Notes: generated by a model not told the origin, from the sequence alone. DNA of 64,000 nucleotides from an uncultured Chloroflexia bacterium (GCA_963724295.1 CAVRUC010000013.1:416001-480000); one strand, 5' to 3'; shown: positions 17,641 to 27,756, numbered from the stretch's first letter. Numbers and translations are program-made.

Positions 17641-18669
17641 ATGGCTGTTGTCGAAGTCCGTGACCTGAGCAAGCGTTTCGACGGCGTCGCCGCCGTCGAC
17701 GGTATCGACCTGGCGTCCGCGGACGGGGAGTTCCTGGTGCTGCTGGGACCGTCCGGGTGCGGCAAGACGACGCTCCTGCGCATGATCGGCGGTCTGGAAC
17801 CCCCGACCAGCGGTGACGTCCTCATCGGGGGGCGGGTGGTCACCGACTTGCCGCCGCGCGCCCGCCAGATCGCGATGGTCTTCCAGAGCTACGCCCTCTA
17901 CCCGCACATGACCGTCTATAACAACATCGCCTTCCCGCTCAAGGCAGCCGGGCTGTCCAAAGCCGAGCAGGCGCGTCGGGTGGCATGGGCGGCGGGTATT
18001 CTCGGCATCGACGCCTATCTCGACCGCAAGCCGCGCCAGCTCTCCGGCGGTCAGCGGCAGCGCGTGGCGCTGGCGCGGGCCCTGGTACGGGAGCCGACCG
18101 TGTTCCTCCTCGATGAGCCGCTCTCCAACCTCGACGCGCAGCGGCGGGCATCGGCACGTGACGAGTTGCAGGGGTTCCAGCGCCGGGTGGGGACGACGAC
18201 CATCTATGTCACGCACGATCAGGTCGAGGCGATGGGGATGGGCGATCGCATCGCGGTCATGGAGCAGGGCAGGATCCGCCAGGTGGGGACCCCGCACGAG
18301 ATCTACGACGAGCCGGCCGATACCTTCGTCGCCACATTCCTCGGTTCGCCGCCGATGAACCTGATCCCGGATGCCGCCTCCGGTGAGCTGCTCGGCTTTC
18401 GCCCGGAGCATTTCATCCCGTGGCAACGGGAGATGGGAGACGACTGGATACGCTTTCCGTATCACGTCCATCGCACCGAATACCTGGGCGCGGAGCGCCT
18501 GCTTTACGGCGAGGTTGGCGCGGCAAAGGCGGTCGCGCGCTTCCCGGCGAATTCCGCCATCGACACAGAGGTCGGAAGCACGACCGAGTTCGCCGTGCGC
18601 CGCAACGACCTGAAGCGATTTCACCTGGAAACCGGACTGCGGCTGGATCGAAATGGGAGGCGGCCATGA
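17641..18669 (+). CDS. Sugar ABC transporter ATP-binding protein (MalK-like)
   Basis: GPSGCGKT, VFQSYALYPHM, LSGGQRQR, LLDEP, VTHDQ. Confidence 0.95.
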   Translation: MAVVEVRDLSKRFDGVAAVDGIDLASADGEFLVLLGPSGCGKTTLLRMIGGLEPPTSGDVLIGGRVVTDLPPRARQIAMVFQSYALYPHMTVYNNIAFPLKAAGLSKAEQARRVAWAAGILGIDAYLDRKPRQLSGGQRQRVALARALVREPTVFLLDEPLSNLDAQRRASARDELQGFQRRVGTTTIYVTHDQVEAMGMGDRIAVMEQGRIRQVGTPHEIYDEPADTFVATFLGSPPMNLIPDAASGELLGFRPEHFIPWQREMGDDWIRFPYHVHRTEYLGAERLLYGEVGAAKAVARFPANSAIDTEVGSTTEFAVRRNDLKRFHLETGLRLDRNGRRP

Positions 18670-19634
18670 GCGTGGGCGCCCGGGTGGATGCGACGACGCT
18701 CCCCGAGACGCGGCAGGGTCGCTATTGGCTCGACCGCGAGAGCGTGCTGGGACCGATCCTGCTCTTGCCGGCGGTGATCTACATCATCGCGCTCGTAGGA
18801 ATCCCGCTTGTGCTGGCCGTGATGTACAGCCTGAGTGATGTTACGGTCGGCGACCGCAGTATTGACTTCGTTGGTCTCAGGAACTTCCGGGACGCACTCG
18901 ATAACTCGACGTTCCGAACGGCGCTCCAGAATACCTTCGTATTTACCATCGTCTCGCAGGCGATCGTTCTGGTGCTGGCCAATATCTTGGCGTTGGTGCT
19001 CTCGGCCGACTTCCATGGGAAGCGACTGGTTCGCTTCCTGGTGCTGCTGCCGTGGACGACACCAATCGCGCTCGGTGTTCTGGGCTGGTTGTGGACCCTC
19101 GACAATGTCTACAGCCCGATCGACTATCTGATGCGACAGGTCGGGCTGCTGGGCGTCGGAAGTCCTCTGGGACCCGACTGGTTCGGAACGAACAGCCTCT
19201 GGCTCGCCTTCCCGGACCGAGCCCGGCTCTCCGTCCTCGTGGTCCATGTCTGGCGGACCCTGCCATTGGCCACCGTCATCTTGCTGGCGGGGTTGTCGGC
19301 GATCCCGCAGGACGTCAAAGACGCGGCGAACGTCGATGGCGCCGGGTTCTTCCGCCAGTTGTTCGCCATCCGCATCCCGTTGTTGCTGCCGATCATGGCG
19401 GTGGCGGTGCTCTACGGTATCGTCTTCACCTTCACCGACATGATCGTCGTCTTCATCCTCACCCGTGGCGGTCCCTTCGATTCGACGCAGGTACTGGCGA
19501 GCTGGGCCTATTTCAAGGGGATCGAAGGCGGTAGCCTGGGTCAGGGCGCTGCGATCGCGCTGTTCCTCTTCCCGGTGCTCGTTGGGGTGGCAGCGCTGAT
19601 GTTGAGAATCGCCAGGCGGGCGGAAACGGTGTGA
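18666..19634 (+). CDS. Sugar ABC transporter permease (MalF-like)
   Basis: FVGLRNF, DAANVDGA EAA loop, TRGGP; ATGA overlap with the ATPase. Confidence 0.92.
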   Translation: MSVGARVDATTLPETRQGRYWLDRESVLGPILLLPAVIYIIALVGIPLVLAVMYSLSDVTVGDRSIDFVGLRNFRDALDNSTFRTALQNTFVFTIVSQAIVLVLANILALVLSADFHGKRLVRFLVLLPWTTPIALGVLGWLWTLDNVYSPIDYLMRQVGLLGVGSPLGPDWFGTNSLWLAFPDRARLSVLVVHVWRTLPLATVILLAGLSAIPQDVKDAANVDGAGFFRQLFAIRIPLLLPIMAVAVLYGIVFTFTDMIVVFILTRGGPFDSTQVLASWAYFKGIEGGSLGQGAAIALFLFPVLVGVAALMLRIARRAETV

Positions 19635-20644
19635 ACGAGACGGCGAGACGGCTAGACGGCGAGACGGCCAGGCGGCCTGTAGGGGCGACGCCTGCATCGC
19701 CCGCGGTCCCCGTGCCCGCGTCGCCCGCGGTCTCCATGCCCGCGTCACCCCATCACCCTCCGGTCTGGGACGATGAGGCGAACGAGCGGGAGCGGCGGCG
19801 GGCGCGGCTGCGGCAGGTGGCGACGCGCGGGGTGCTGTATGTGACCGCCACCTTCTTTGCGCTTTTCGCGGCGCTCCCCTTCGCCTGGATGATCTTCACC
19901 GTCTTCAAGCAGAACTCCGATCTGTACGATCCAAACCGCAACCCGTTCCTCTACAACGACCCGCCAACGCTGGGCAACATCACGTTCCTGTTCGAGCGGA
20001 CCGAGTACGCCACCTTCGCTCGCAACACGATGGTCGTCGCGGTCCTCGTCGTGCTGATCACGCTCATCGGCGCGGTGCCGGCCGCCTACAGTCTGTCGCG
20101 GCTGGCCGGGAAGTGGGGGGAAGGGCTGGGTATCGCCATCTTCCTCGTCTACCTGGTGCCGCCGACGTTGCTGTTCATTCCGCTCTCCCGGGTGGTCGCC
20201 GATCTCGGTTTGCGCAACACCTGGTGGGCCATGGTGCTCGTCTATCCGACCTTCACCATCCCGTTTTGCACGTGGCTGCTGATGGGATTCTTCAAGTCGA
20301 TTCCCCGCGATATCGAAGAGCAGGCGATGGTCGACGGCTACAGCCGGCTGGGAGCGATCTGGCGCACAGTCCTGCCGGTGTCGGTGCCAGGGCTGCTGAC
20401 CGTCGTGGTCTTCAGCTTCGCGTTGACCATGCACGAGTTCGTCTATGCGCTCGCCTTCGTCACCTCCTCGCAGCAGAAGACGATCTCGATCGGGGTGACG
20501 ACCGAGCTGATTCGGGGCGACGTCTTCTTCTGGCAATCGCTGATGGCCGCCGCGGCCATCGTGGCCATCCCGATCGCGCTCCTCTACAACCTCTTCCTCG
20601 ACCGCTTCATCGCTGGCTTCACGCTGGGGGCGGTGAAGGGGTGA
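19631..20644 (+). CDS. Sugar ABC transporter permease (MalG-like); start uncertain
   Basis: IPRDIEEQAMVDG, FIAGFTLGAVKG*; the first ~35 codons are tandem-repeat sequence. Confidence 0.9.
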   Translation: MNETARRLDGETARRPVGATPASPAVPVPASPAVSMPASPHHPPVWDDEANERERRRARLRQVATRGVLYVTATFFALFAALPFAWMIFTVFKQNSDLYDPNRNPFLYNDPPTLGNITFLFERTEYATFARNTMVVAVLVVLITLIGAVPAAYSLSRLAGKWGEGLGIAIFLVYLVPPTLLFIPLSRVVADLGLRNTWWAMVLVYPTFTIPFCTWLLMGFFKSIPRDIEEQAMVDGYSRLGAIWRTVLPVSVPGLLTVVVFSFALTMHEFVYALAFVTSSQQKTISIGVTTELIRGDVFFWQSLMAAAAIVAIPIALLYNLFLDRFIAGFTLGAVKG

Positions 20645-20821
20645 TGTGAGGAGGTTGCGGGTGATGGGTGATTGGTGATGGGTGGCGGAGTCGCGAGGTG
20701 GCCGGGCGGCGGGAAGAACGCTGTCCGTCACCCGGCCACCCAGCCACCGTGAGCGCAGCGAACATTCACCGCGACCGCAGGGAGCAATCACCCTAGTTCA
20801 TCGCCAAGGGGGGCCCGGAAA

Positions 20822-22561
20822 ATGGACGCGCAGCGATTCGATAACCTGGCCAAATCACTCGCCGGGCGCCTCACGCGGCGTAACGCCCTGCGCCGCGCGG
20901 GGGCCGCCGCCTCGGCGACATTGCTCGCCTCGACCGGCGTCCAGGCCGCTCCGGCGGCCGCGCAACGGCGGGACGAGCCGGCCTACACGGTCATTCGCCG
21001 CTACACCCTGGACAATCCCACGGATGCGGTGCGCGCGGCATTGCAGCGGGGCTATATCGAGGCTGCCTGTGAGGCTCCCGGCTTCATCGCGTACTTCGCG
21101 GTCGAAGATGAAGACGGCGACTTCGCGACGGTGGCGGTCTTCCGCAGCCAGGATGACTTCGAAGAATTTGCCACCGCGGAGGCCAATTGGATCGCGCAAA
21201 ACCTGGGAGACTTGCTCCCCGCGCCGGACGAGGCGCTCTCCGGGGATACCTACGTCTATGCGGGCGCGGCGCAGCCATTACGCAATACCTGTCCCGCCGA
21301 GACCCAGCAGACGACGGGATCTGCTCCGACAACCGCTCCCGGCGCCCCGACCGCCGTAGCGCCGACCCCGACCCCCGCTGCGGCGGCATGCACGGGTCAG
21401 GGGTGCGTCTGCTCGACCGGGACGCGACGGCCATGCGACCAGGGTTTCATCTGCTGCCCCACCAGCGACGTACCGGGTGGTCCTGGTGTCTGCCAGACGC
21501 GGGAGGTCTGCTACCCGAACCAGTGCGTCGAGAACGGTGGCGCCTGCGATCCCAGCTGTGGAGCGGACGATGCCTGCCCCAGCTGCTGCTCCAACTATTG
21601 CAATGACAGCGGGCAATGCGCTGATGCCCCCGCTCCCCCTTGCACGGCGGCAGGCTGCGACTGCACGACCGGAACCGAGGCTCCCTGTGATGCCGGACTG
21701 ATCTGCTGCGGCACGACCGGCACACCCGGTGGACCCGGTACCTGCCAGACCGAGGCTGAATGCAACGCGCCATGCACTGGCCAGGGCTGCGCGTGTACCG
21801 GTGGGGTGCAGGGCAACTGTGACGCGGGATTGGTCTGCTGTCAGGGTGGACAACCGACTCCCGGTGGCGCGGGTACCTGTGAACCAGAGGCGGAATGCGC
21901 TCCGGCGCCCTGCACTGGCCAGGGCTGCGCCTGCAACGGTGGCGTCCAGGGCGCCTGCGATACCGGGCTGGTTTGCTGCCAGGACGGCGTGTCGATTCCC
22001 GGTGGGGCCGGGACGTGTCAACCCGAGGACCAGTGCACGCCTCCACCCTGCACCGGCGAGGGCTGTGATTGCACCGGTGGTGTCGAGGGGAACTGCGATG
22101 CCGGGCTGGTCTGCTGCCAGGACGGGCAGGAAGTCCCGGGAGGGGCCGGTACCTGTACGGCCGAGGCGAACTGCGCGCCCCCGCCCTGCACGGGTGAGGG
22201 CTGCGCGTGTAACGGCGGGGTCGAGGGCGCCTGCGACGAGGGGCTCATCTGCTGCCTGACGGACCCATCGGAGCCGGGAGGACCGGGCAGTTGCCAGCCG
22301 CCGGATATCTGTGAACCGCCGCCCTGCACCGAAAACGGCGCGGCCTGTGACACGACCTGTGCCGCGGGCGACAACTGCCCGGGCTGCTGCTCCGGGTACT
22401 GCAACGCCTCAGGCGTCTGCGACGACGCGCCGCCGGTGACCTGCACCAGCGCCGGTTGCGCCTGCACGACCGGGACCGAGGCTCCCTGCGACGAGGGTCT
22501 CATCTGCTGTCAGACCACCGACGACCCCGGCGGCCCAGGGGTCTGCCAGGCGAGCTGCTAA
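20822..22561 (+). CDS. Tat-type exported protein: ABM-like domain + Pro/Thr linker + nine 8-Cys modules
   Basis: MDAQRFDNLAKSLAGRLTRRNAL leader; YTVIRRY...PGFIAYF dimeric alpha/beta-barrel-like domain; 7x CTGxGCxC..C..GLVCC..PGG.G.C...C plus 2x CxENGxAC..SC..C.xCCS.YC..SG.C. Confidence 0.85.
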   Translation: MDAQRFDNLAKSLAGRLTRRNALRRAGAAASATLLASTGVQAAPAAAQRRDEPAYTVIRRYTLDNPTDAVRAALQRGYIEAACEAPGFIAYFAVEDEDGDFATVAVFRSQDDFEEFATAEANWIAQNLGDLLPAPDEALSGDTYVYAGAAQPLRNTCPAETQQTTGSAPTTAPGAPTAVAPTPTPAAAACTGQGCVCSTGTRRPCDQGFICCPTSDVPGGPGVCQTREVCYPNQCVENGGACDPSCGADDACPSCCSNYCNDSGQCADAPAPPCTAAGCDCTTGTEAPCDAGLICCGTTGTPGGPGTCQTEAECNAPCTGQGCACTGGVQGNCDAGLVCCQGGQPTPGGAGTCEPEAECAPAPCTGQGCACNGGVQGACDTGLVCCQDGVSIPGGAGTCQPEDQCTPPPCTGEGCDCTGGVEGNCDAGLVCCQDGQEVPGGAGTCTAEANCAPPPCTGEGCACNGGVEGACDEGLICCLTDPSEPGGPGSCQPPDICEPPPCTENGAACDTTCAAGDNCPGCCSGYCNASGVCDDAPPVTCTSAGCACTTGTEAPCDEGLICCQTTDDPGGPGVCQASC

Positions 22562-22693
22562 CCCGAACGCGTGATGTGGCGAGCGCGCGGCCTTTTCCTA
22601 TAGAGGCCGCGCGCTCTGCTGCTCCGCGGTGGGCGCGGACAGCATCTCTGACTCGACCATTGCTATCTCCGCATCAGTGAGCGGGAGAACCGA

Positions 22694-23875
22694 ATGACGT
22701 TCGATGTGGCGCGGGCGCGGCGGGAGACGCCGGGGTGCGAGCGGGTGCTTCACTTCAACAACGCCGGTGCGGCGCTGATGCCGCGGCCGGTGCTCGACGC
22801 CGCCCGGGACTACCTCACGCTCGAGGCGGAAATCGGCGGCTACGAGGCGGCGGAGCGAGAGCACGCGGCGATCGAGCGGTTCTACGGGGCGGCCGCGGAA
22901 TTGCTGGGCTGCGATCCCGATGAGATCGCCTTCATCGAGAACGCCACCCGCGCCTGGGACATGGCCTTCTATGCCCTCCCGTTTGCCCCGGGTGACCGTA
23001 TCCTCACCGCCCGCGCCGAGTACGCCAGCAACGTCGTGGCATTCCTGCAGGTCGCGCGGAGAACCGGCGCCCTGGTGGAGGTCATCCCCAGTGACGAGAC
23101 CGGGCAGGTCTCGGTCGAGGCGCTGCAGGGGATGGTCGACGACCGGGTGAAGCTGATCGCCATCACTCACGTGCCGACCAACGGCGGGTTGGTCAACCCG
23201 GCCGCCGCCGTCGGAAACGTGGCCCGCGCCGCGGGCATCACCTACCTTCTGGACGCCTGCCAGTCAGTCGGGCAGATGCCGGTTGACGTCGCCGAGATCG
23301 GCTGTGACCTGCTCTCCACCGCGGGACGCAAGTACCTGCGCGGACCGCGCGGCACAGGATTTCTCTATGTCCGTCGCGAGTTGGGACAGCGATTGCAGCC
23401 GCCCTTTCTCGATCTGCATGCGGCCAAGTGGGTGGCGGCGAACCGCTACGAGATTCGCGCCGACGCCCGGCGCTTCGAGAACTGGGAGACCAACTACGCC
23501 GGAAAAGTCGGGCTCACCGTCGCCATCGATTACGCGCGCGACTGGGGCATCAGCGCCATCTGGGATCGCGTGCGCTCTCTCGCTGCCACGTTACGAGCCG
23601 AGCTGGAGCAGATTCCCGGCGTGGCGGTGCGGGACATCGGCGCCGAACTGTGCGGCATCGTCACCTTCACGGTGGACGGCATGAGAGCGCAGGCGGTGCG
23701 CCAGGCGCTGGCTGGTCAGGCGATGAACGCGACGATCTCGACCGTCGCGTCGACCCGGTTCGACATGGAGGCCCGGGGGTTGCACGAGGTCGTGCGGGCG
23801 TCCGTCCACTATTACAACGACGAGGCGGAGATCGCGCGCTTCTGCGCGGCGCTGCGTGCGATTCCTACCCGATGA
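22694..23875 (+). CDS. Class V PLP-dependent aminotransferase/C-S lyase family
   Basis: HFNNAGA, ENAT, LDACQSVG, TAGRKYLRGPRGTG, RASVHYYN; no SufS-type catalytic Cys loop. Confidence 0.88.
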   Translation: MTFDVARARRETPGCERVLHFNNAGAALMPRPVLDAARDYLTLEAEIGGYEAAEREHAAIERFYGAAAELLGCDPDEIAFIENATRAWDMAFYALPFAPGDRILTARAEYASNVVAFLQVARRTGALVEVIPSDETGQVSVEALQGMVDDRVKLIAITHVPTNGGLVNPAAAVGNVARAAGITYLLDACQSVGQMPVDVAEIGCDLLSTAGRKYLRGPRGTGFLYVRRELGQRLQPPFLDLHAAKWVAANRYEIRADARRFENWETNYAGKVGLTVAIDYARDWGISAIWDRVRSLAATLRAELEQIPGVAVRDIGAELCGIVTFTVDGMRAQAVRQALAGQAMNATISTVASTRFDMEARGLHEVVRASVHYYNDEAEIARFCAALRAIPTR

Positions 23876-24056
23876 CCGCGTCGAGGAGCGGGCACGATGG
23901 CCGGTTCTGCTTGCCGGGCGCCGCTACCACCAACGAACACATCAATCCAGGCGGCGCGATATCGAGTGGCGTATAGTGCCGGCACCGCATGTCCGGCAAA
24001 ATCGATCAGGTTAAACACGGACAGCGCGGCTCGTCGAGCCGAAGGAGGGTGTTCTG

Positions 24057-24762
24057 ATGCGACGTCTGCTGGTGGCACTCTGTACGTTGTTTGCTCTCGC
24101 GCTTGCCGGTCCGGTGCTGGTCTCTGCCCAGGACGCTACCCCGGAAGCGGATGCTGGCGGGACTGAATTGCACTTACCAAGAACCGATGTCCGCTACCTG
24201 CTGCCCTTTGGTCCAGACGGCCTGAGCCCGGGGTTCACGGCCGCGGCCACGGTGGAAGGGGTGTGCGGCTTCAGCTCGATCGTGGCGCTCGACCGTCCCG
24301 ATGCCTGGGACTGTATCAGTGCCGACGATGAGATCTTCGACCCCTGCTTCGAGCCGCTCATGATGGATCCGGAGGCGCTAGGCCAGTTGGCCTGCGTCGC
24401 GGACCCCTTCAGCACCGAGGTCACCTTGCTGACGTTGACCGAACCCCTGGTGCGCGAGAAGGAGGACGCCGACCCCAGCGCTGATCCGTCCATGGCCATG
24501 GGCCAGGAGGTCGAAGAGGCCGCCGACGTTCTCGCGCCCTGGGATCTGCCCTGGGCGCTGGAACTGGCCAACGGGGACCGGTGCACGCTCCTGCACGGGA
24601 CGCTGACCGTCATGGCGGGGCAAACGGTCCACTATGGCTGTGCCGATGGTGGCGCTGATCCTCGGCGAAACCGATCGTAGCCAGCCGGTCTGGACAGTGA
24701 ACTACCTGGCCGAGGGTGAAGTCGCCTCCAGCCTCGTCGACGTGGCGGTCGCCTGGTCCTGA
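24057..24762 (+). CDS. Secreted 6-Cys hypothetical protein, copy 1 (frameshift near 24654)
   Basis: Signal peptide + QDATP; closely similar to 26425-27102. Removing one base near 24651-24654 restores ILGETDRSQPVWTVNYLAEGEVASSLVDVAVAWS*. Confidence 0.8.
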
Positions 24763-24858
24763 GCGGGTCTCGAGTCGACACGATTATCGAGAAGCAATTG
24801 CCAGGAGCGGCAGGGGCAGTTCGCCGGCATTGGCGAAGAGCGGCAGAGGAGGCATCGC

Positions 24859-25734
24859 GTGGAGGATGAGCGGTTCGATAGTCTGACCAAGGTGCTGGCC
24901 GCTGGTCTCTCGCGGCGGCAGGGCGTCCGCGTTCTTGCCGGCGCCGGAGCCGCGCTCATAGCCCTGGTGAGCCCTGCCGGACGTGGCGCCTCGGCCCATC
25001 ACGCCAGACTCGGTCCTGGCGATCCATGCCGCGATAGCAGCCAGTGCCTGGCCGCCGATGCGCCGCTCATCTGTGCCGACAACGGGTTCGCGCTCGACGG
25101 CCCGCTCAACTGCTGCACCTACGTGGGGAGCCGCTGTGGCTCCGACCAGGGATGCTGCGGCGACGCCGCCTGTATCGATGGGTTCTGCGGCACTATCCAG
25201 GACTTCGCTGGGCCGGGTGAGCGCTGTCGTGACAGCTCCGTGTGCGCTGGCGCCGATGCTCCGCTCACTTGCGATTTCGTCGCGCTTACCGGCGATTACC
25301 GGTGCTGCACCTATGAGGGAAGTCGTTGCGGGTTCGACGCCGCGTGCTGCGGAGCGGCCGCTTGCGTCAACGGCTATTGCGCCAACATCGCGGTCGATGC
25401 CGGCCTGGATGCCGCTGGCCCAGGGGATCCCTGCCAGGATAGCTCGCAGTGTGTCGCGGCCGATACCGCGGTCACCTGCGACTACGTCGGGGTGACTGAC
25501 GACTATCGCTGCTGTGCTTACGAGGGGAGTCGTTGCGGCTGGGACGGCGGATGCTGCGGCTGGCTGCGCTGCGGCGACGATGGCTTCTGCACGGGGTTGC
25601 CCCCAACCGGCTGTAATGGCGAAGGGTGCGACTGCGACTTCCACGATCCGAACGCGTGCGCTCCCGGCCTGGTCTGTTGCGCGGTACAAAGCGGGTTCAT
25701 CTGCGCCACCTGGGCCGATTGCGGGGGGTCATAG
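24859..25734 (+). CDS. Tat-type Cys-rich repeat protein (3x 10-Cys module + one 8-Cys module)
   Basis: MEDERFDSLTK...LSRRQG leader; GPGDPC.DSSQC.AAD...C...CCTYEGSRCG.D..CCG...C..G.C repeats. Confidence 0.82.
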   Translation: MEDERFDSLTKVLAAGLSRRQGVRVLAGAGAALIALVSPAGRGASAHHARLGPGDPCRDSSQCLAADAPLICADNGFALDGPLNCCTYVGSRCGSDQGCCGDAACIDGFCGTIQDFAGPGERCRDSSVCAGADAPLTCDFVALTGDYRCCTYEGSRCGFDAACCGAAACVNGYCANIAVDAGLDAAGPGDPCQDSSQCVAADTAVTCDYVGVTDDYRCCAYEGSRCGWDGGCCGWLRCGDDGFCTGLPPTGCNGEGCDCDFHDPNACAPGLVCCAVQSGFICATWADCGGS

Positions 25735-25817
25735 GACGGTTTACCGCTCACGTTGCCCCCTGAGCGCTGTGAATTGACGACTCGGTTGCGAGCCGGGTGC
25801 TCCTGGAGCAATGTCCA

Positions 25818-26045
25818 ATGACCGACCAATTCGGAACCCGAGACCGTCACGAAACCTCCCGAGACGTCTCCCGGCGTACTCGTCGAGACAAGCCAGTGAC
25901 CGGCGTCGAGGACGGCTCCATCGAGATCGTCGATCCCTCACCCATGCTGCGGCGCCTGATCGAGATCGCGCAGCAGCTGGACGAAGAGGATCTCCGGAAA
26001 CTGCTGCTTCGTGGCCGGCGCATGCTGCGCGGGACGGAAGAGTAG
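25818..26045 (+). CDS. Small hypothetical protein
   Basis: RBS GGAG; helical C-terminus MLRRLIEIAQQLDEEDLRKLL. Confidence 0.55.
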   Translation: MTDQFGTRDRHETSRDVSRRTRRDKPVTGVEDGSIEIVDPSPMLRRLIEIAQQLDEEDLRKLLLRGRRMLRGTEE

Positions 26046-26424
26046 AGCTATCCAGCACCCTACTCACGGACTGGCTGCACGGCTAGCTGCATGCAGCCCC
26101 GCCCGGAACGACAGACGGAAACAATAGAAAACGAACGCGCGTCCGCAGACGCGACAACACCACCTGCAAAGACGAGAAAACCCGGCAGCAAGGCTCTCAT
26201 AGAACGAGTTCATCTGCGCCACGTGGGCCAATTTGAGGGAGCCACGCGCCAAAATTACCGCGTAGCAATCTCGGTTGTTGAAGCGTGCTGCCGGCAATGG
26301 GCAACCGTGCTGGGGACCACTGCGGTTCTCAATCAACCCCCGGCAAACGGCGATGATTGGTGCGATGATGCCACCTCGCGGCTGCCGAATCGGGAGCCAC
26401 CACGCCTATTTCAGGAGGGTCAGC

Positions 26425-27102
26425 ATGCGTCGGCTCAATAACTTCCTGTCCGTGGTTGTCGTCATGCTGTTTGGAATCACCGCTCTCGGTGGGCAACCCA
26501 TCGCCAGAGCCCAGGAAGCGACGCCAGCGGCCGGGCCAACCGCGCGCACCGACATCCGCTACGTCCTGCCGTTCACTCCGGACGGATTGAATCCAGGACT
26601 GACCGCCACGACCGCGGAGGGCGTCTGCGGCTTCTCATCCATCGCGGCGCTCGACCGGCCGGACGCCTGGGACTGCATCGGCGCCGACGATCAGATCTAC
26701 GATCCCTGCTTCGAGAATCCGTTCATCGCGCCCGATGAGCCCGGCGAGGTGGCGTGCTTGGAATCACCATTCACCACCGACGTCGTGGTGCTCACCCTGA
26801 CCGACCCGCTGGTCCGCGAGAAGGAGGCGCCAGATACCGGCATGGACATGGCCCAGGCGCCCGGGACCTCGATCGAGCCGTGGGATCTGCCCTGGGCGCT
26901 GGAGCTGGCCAACGGGGACCAGTGCACGCTCCTGCACGGGACGCTGACGGTGCAAGCCGGGCAGACGGTCCACTATGGCTGCACCGACGGCGGGATGGTC
27001 CTCGGCGAAACCGATCGTAGCCAGCCGGTCTGGACGGTGAGCTATCTGGCCGAAGGTGAAGTCGCCTCCCATCTCGTCGAGGTGGTCACGGCCTGGTCGT
27101 AG
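26425..27102 (+). CDS. Secreted 6-Cys hypothetical protein, copy 2
   Basis: RBS AGGAGG, signal peptide, QEATP, GVCG..RPDAWDC..DPCF..PWALELANGDQC..YGC. Confidence 0.82.
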   Translation: MRRLNNFLSVVVVMLFGITALGGQPIARAQEATPAAGPTARTDIRYVLPFTPDGLNPGLTATTAEGVCGFSSIAALDRPDAWDCIGADDQIYDPCFENPFIAPDEPGEVACLESPFTTDVVVLTLTDPLVREKEAPDTGMDMAQAPGTSIEPWDLPWALELANGDQCTLLHGTLTVQAGQTVHYGCTDGGMVLGETDRSQPVWTVSYLAEGEVASHLVEVVTAWS

Positions 27103-27169
27103 ATCTTGCGACCAGCGGCCCAAGCGGGAACACGACGGCTCAGCCAACCGGACAAGAAAGGATGAGGCG

Positions 27170-27739
27170 GTGGACGAGCGACGATTTGATACCTGGACCC
27201 GGGCAGTGGCACAGTCTGGCTCACGGCGACGCCTCGTGCGCGCTCTGCTCGGTGGTGGGGCGGTCCTTGCCGCTGCCCGTCGCGGGCTCTCTGACGCGGC
27301 GGCGCACCATGGCCAGGCCGGACCCGGCGAACCGTGCCGGAACGCGAACCAATGCGTAGCGGCCGACGCGCCGATGGATTGTGCCTGGAATGGCTATGGC
27401 AATAGCCTCAGCTGCTGCACCTATGAGGGGAGCAACTGCGCGGACGACTCCTGGTGCTGCGGCACAAACCTCTGCATTGGCGGTACCTGCACGAGTCAGT
27501 CCTATGGGTGCACGGGGGAAGGCTGTGCCTGCTACCAGGGGACCTACGATGCCGACCCCTGTGATCCGGGGCTGGTCTGTTGCCTGAACGCCGATAGCAG
27601 CGGCACCTGTCTTCCGCAGTACACCTGCACCGGATACGGTCTCCCGGGCGACGACTGCCCGCGGTACTGCTTGCCCGGACCGACGCAGTGCCCGGGCTGC
27701 ATCTCGGGCTACTGCGGGGTTTCCGGAGTCTGCGGGTAA
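27170..27739 (+). CDS. Tat-type Cys-rich modular protein (one of each module type)
   Basis: MDERRFDTWTR...SRRRLV leader; GPGEPC, CTGEGCAC..GLVCC and CPGCISGYC modules. Confidence 0.82.
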   Translation: MDERRFDTWTRAVAQSGSRRRLVRALLGGGAVLAAARRGLSDAAAHHGQAGPGEPCRNANQCVAADAPMDCAWNGYGNSLSCCTYEGSNCADDSWCCGTNLCIGGTCTSQSYGCTGEGCACYQGTYDADPCDPGLVCCLNADSSGTCLPQYTCTGYGLPGDDCPRYCLPGPTQCPGCISGYCGVSGVCG

Positions 27740-27756
27740 CAGCGGTTCGTGCACAA

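Noticed and set aside
21380..22560. CRISPR array or non-coding repeat
   Set aside because: The repeats are in-frame coding Cys modules, with no constant repeat/unique spacer pattern and no cas genes
22694..23875. Selenocysteine lyase/cysteine desulfurase serving the selenoproteins
   Set aside because: Lacks the catalytic Cys loop of SufS/IscS and is not linked to either Sec gene
26050..26420. A-rich intergenic stretch as an ncRNA
   Set aside because: No recognisable motif or convincing structure by eye
20822..27739. RiPP precursor cluster
   Set aside because: No radical SAM, YcaO, lanthipeptide synthetase or peptidase-transporter genes in the window
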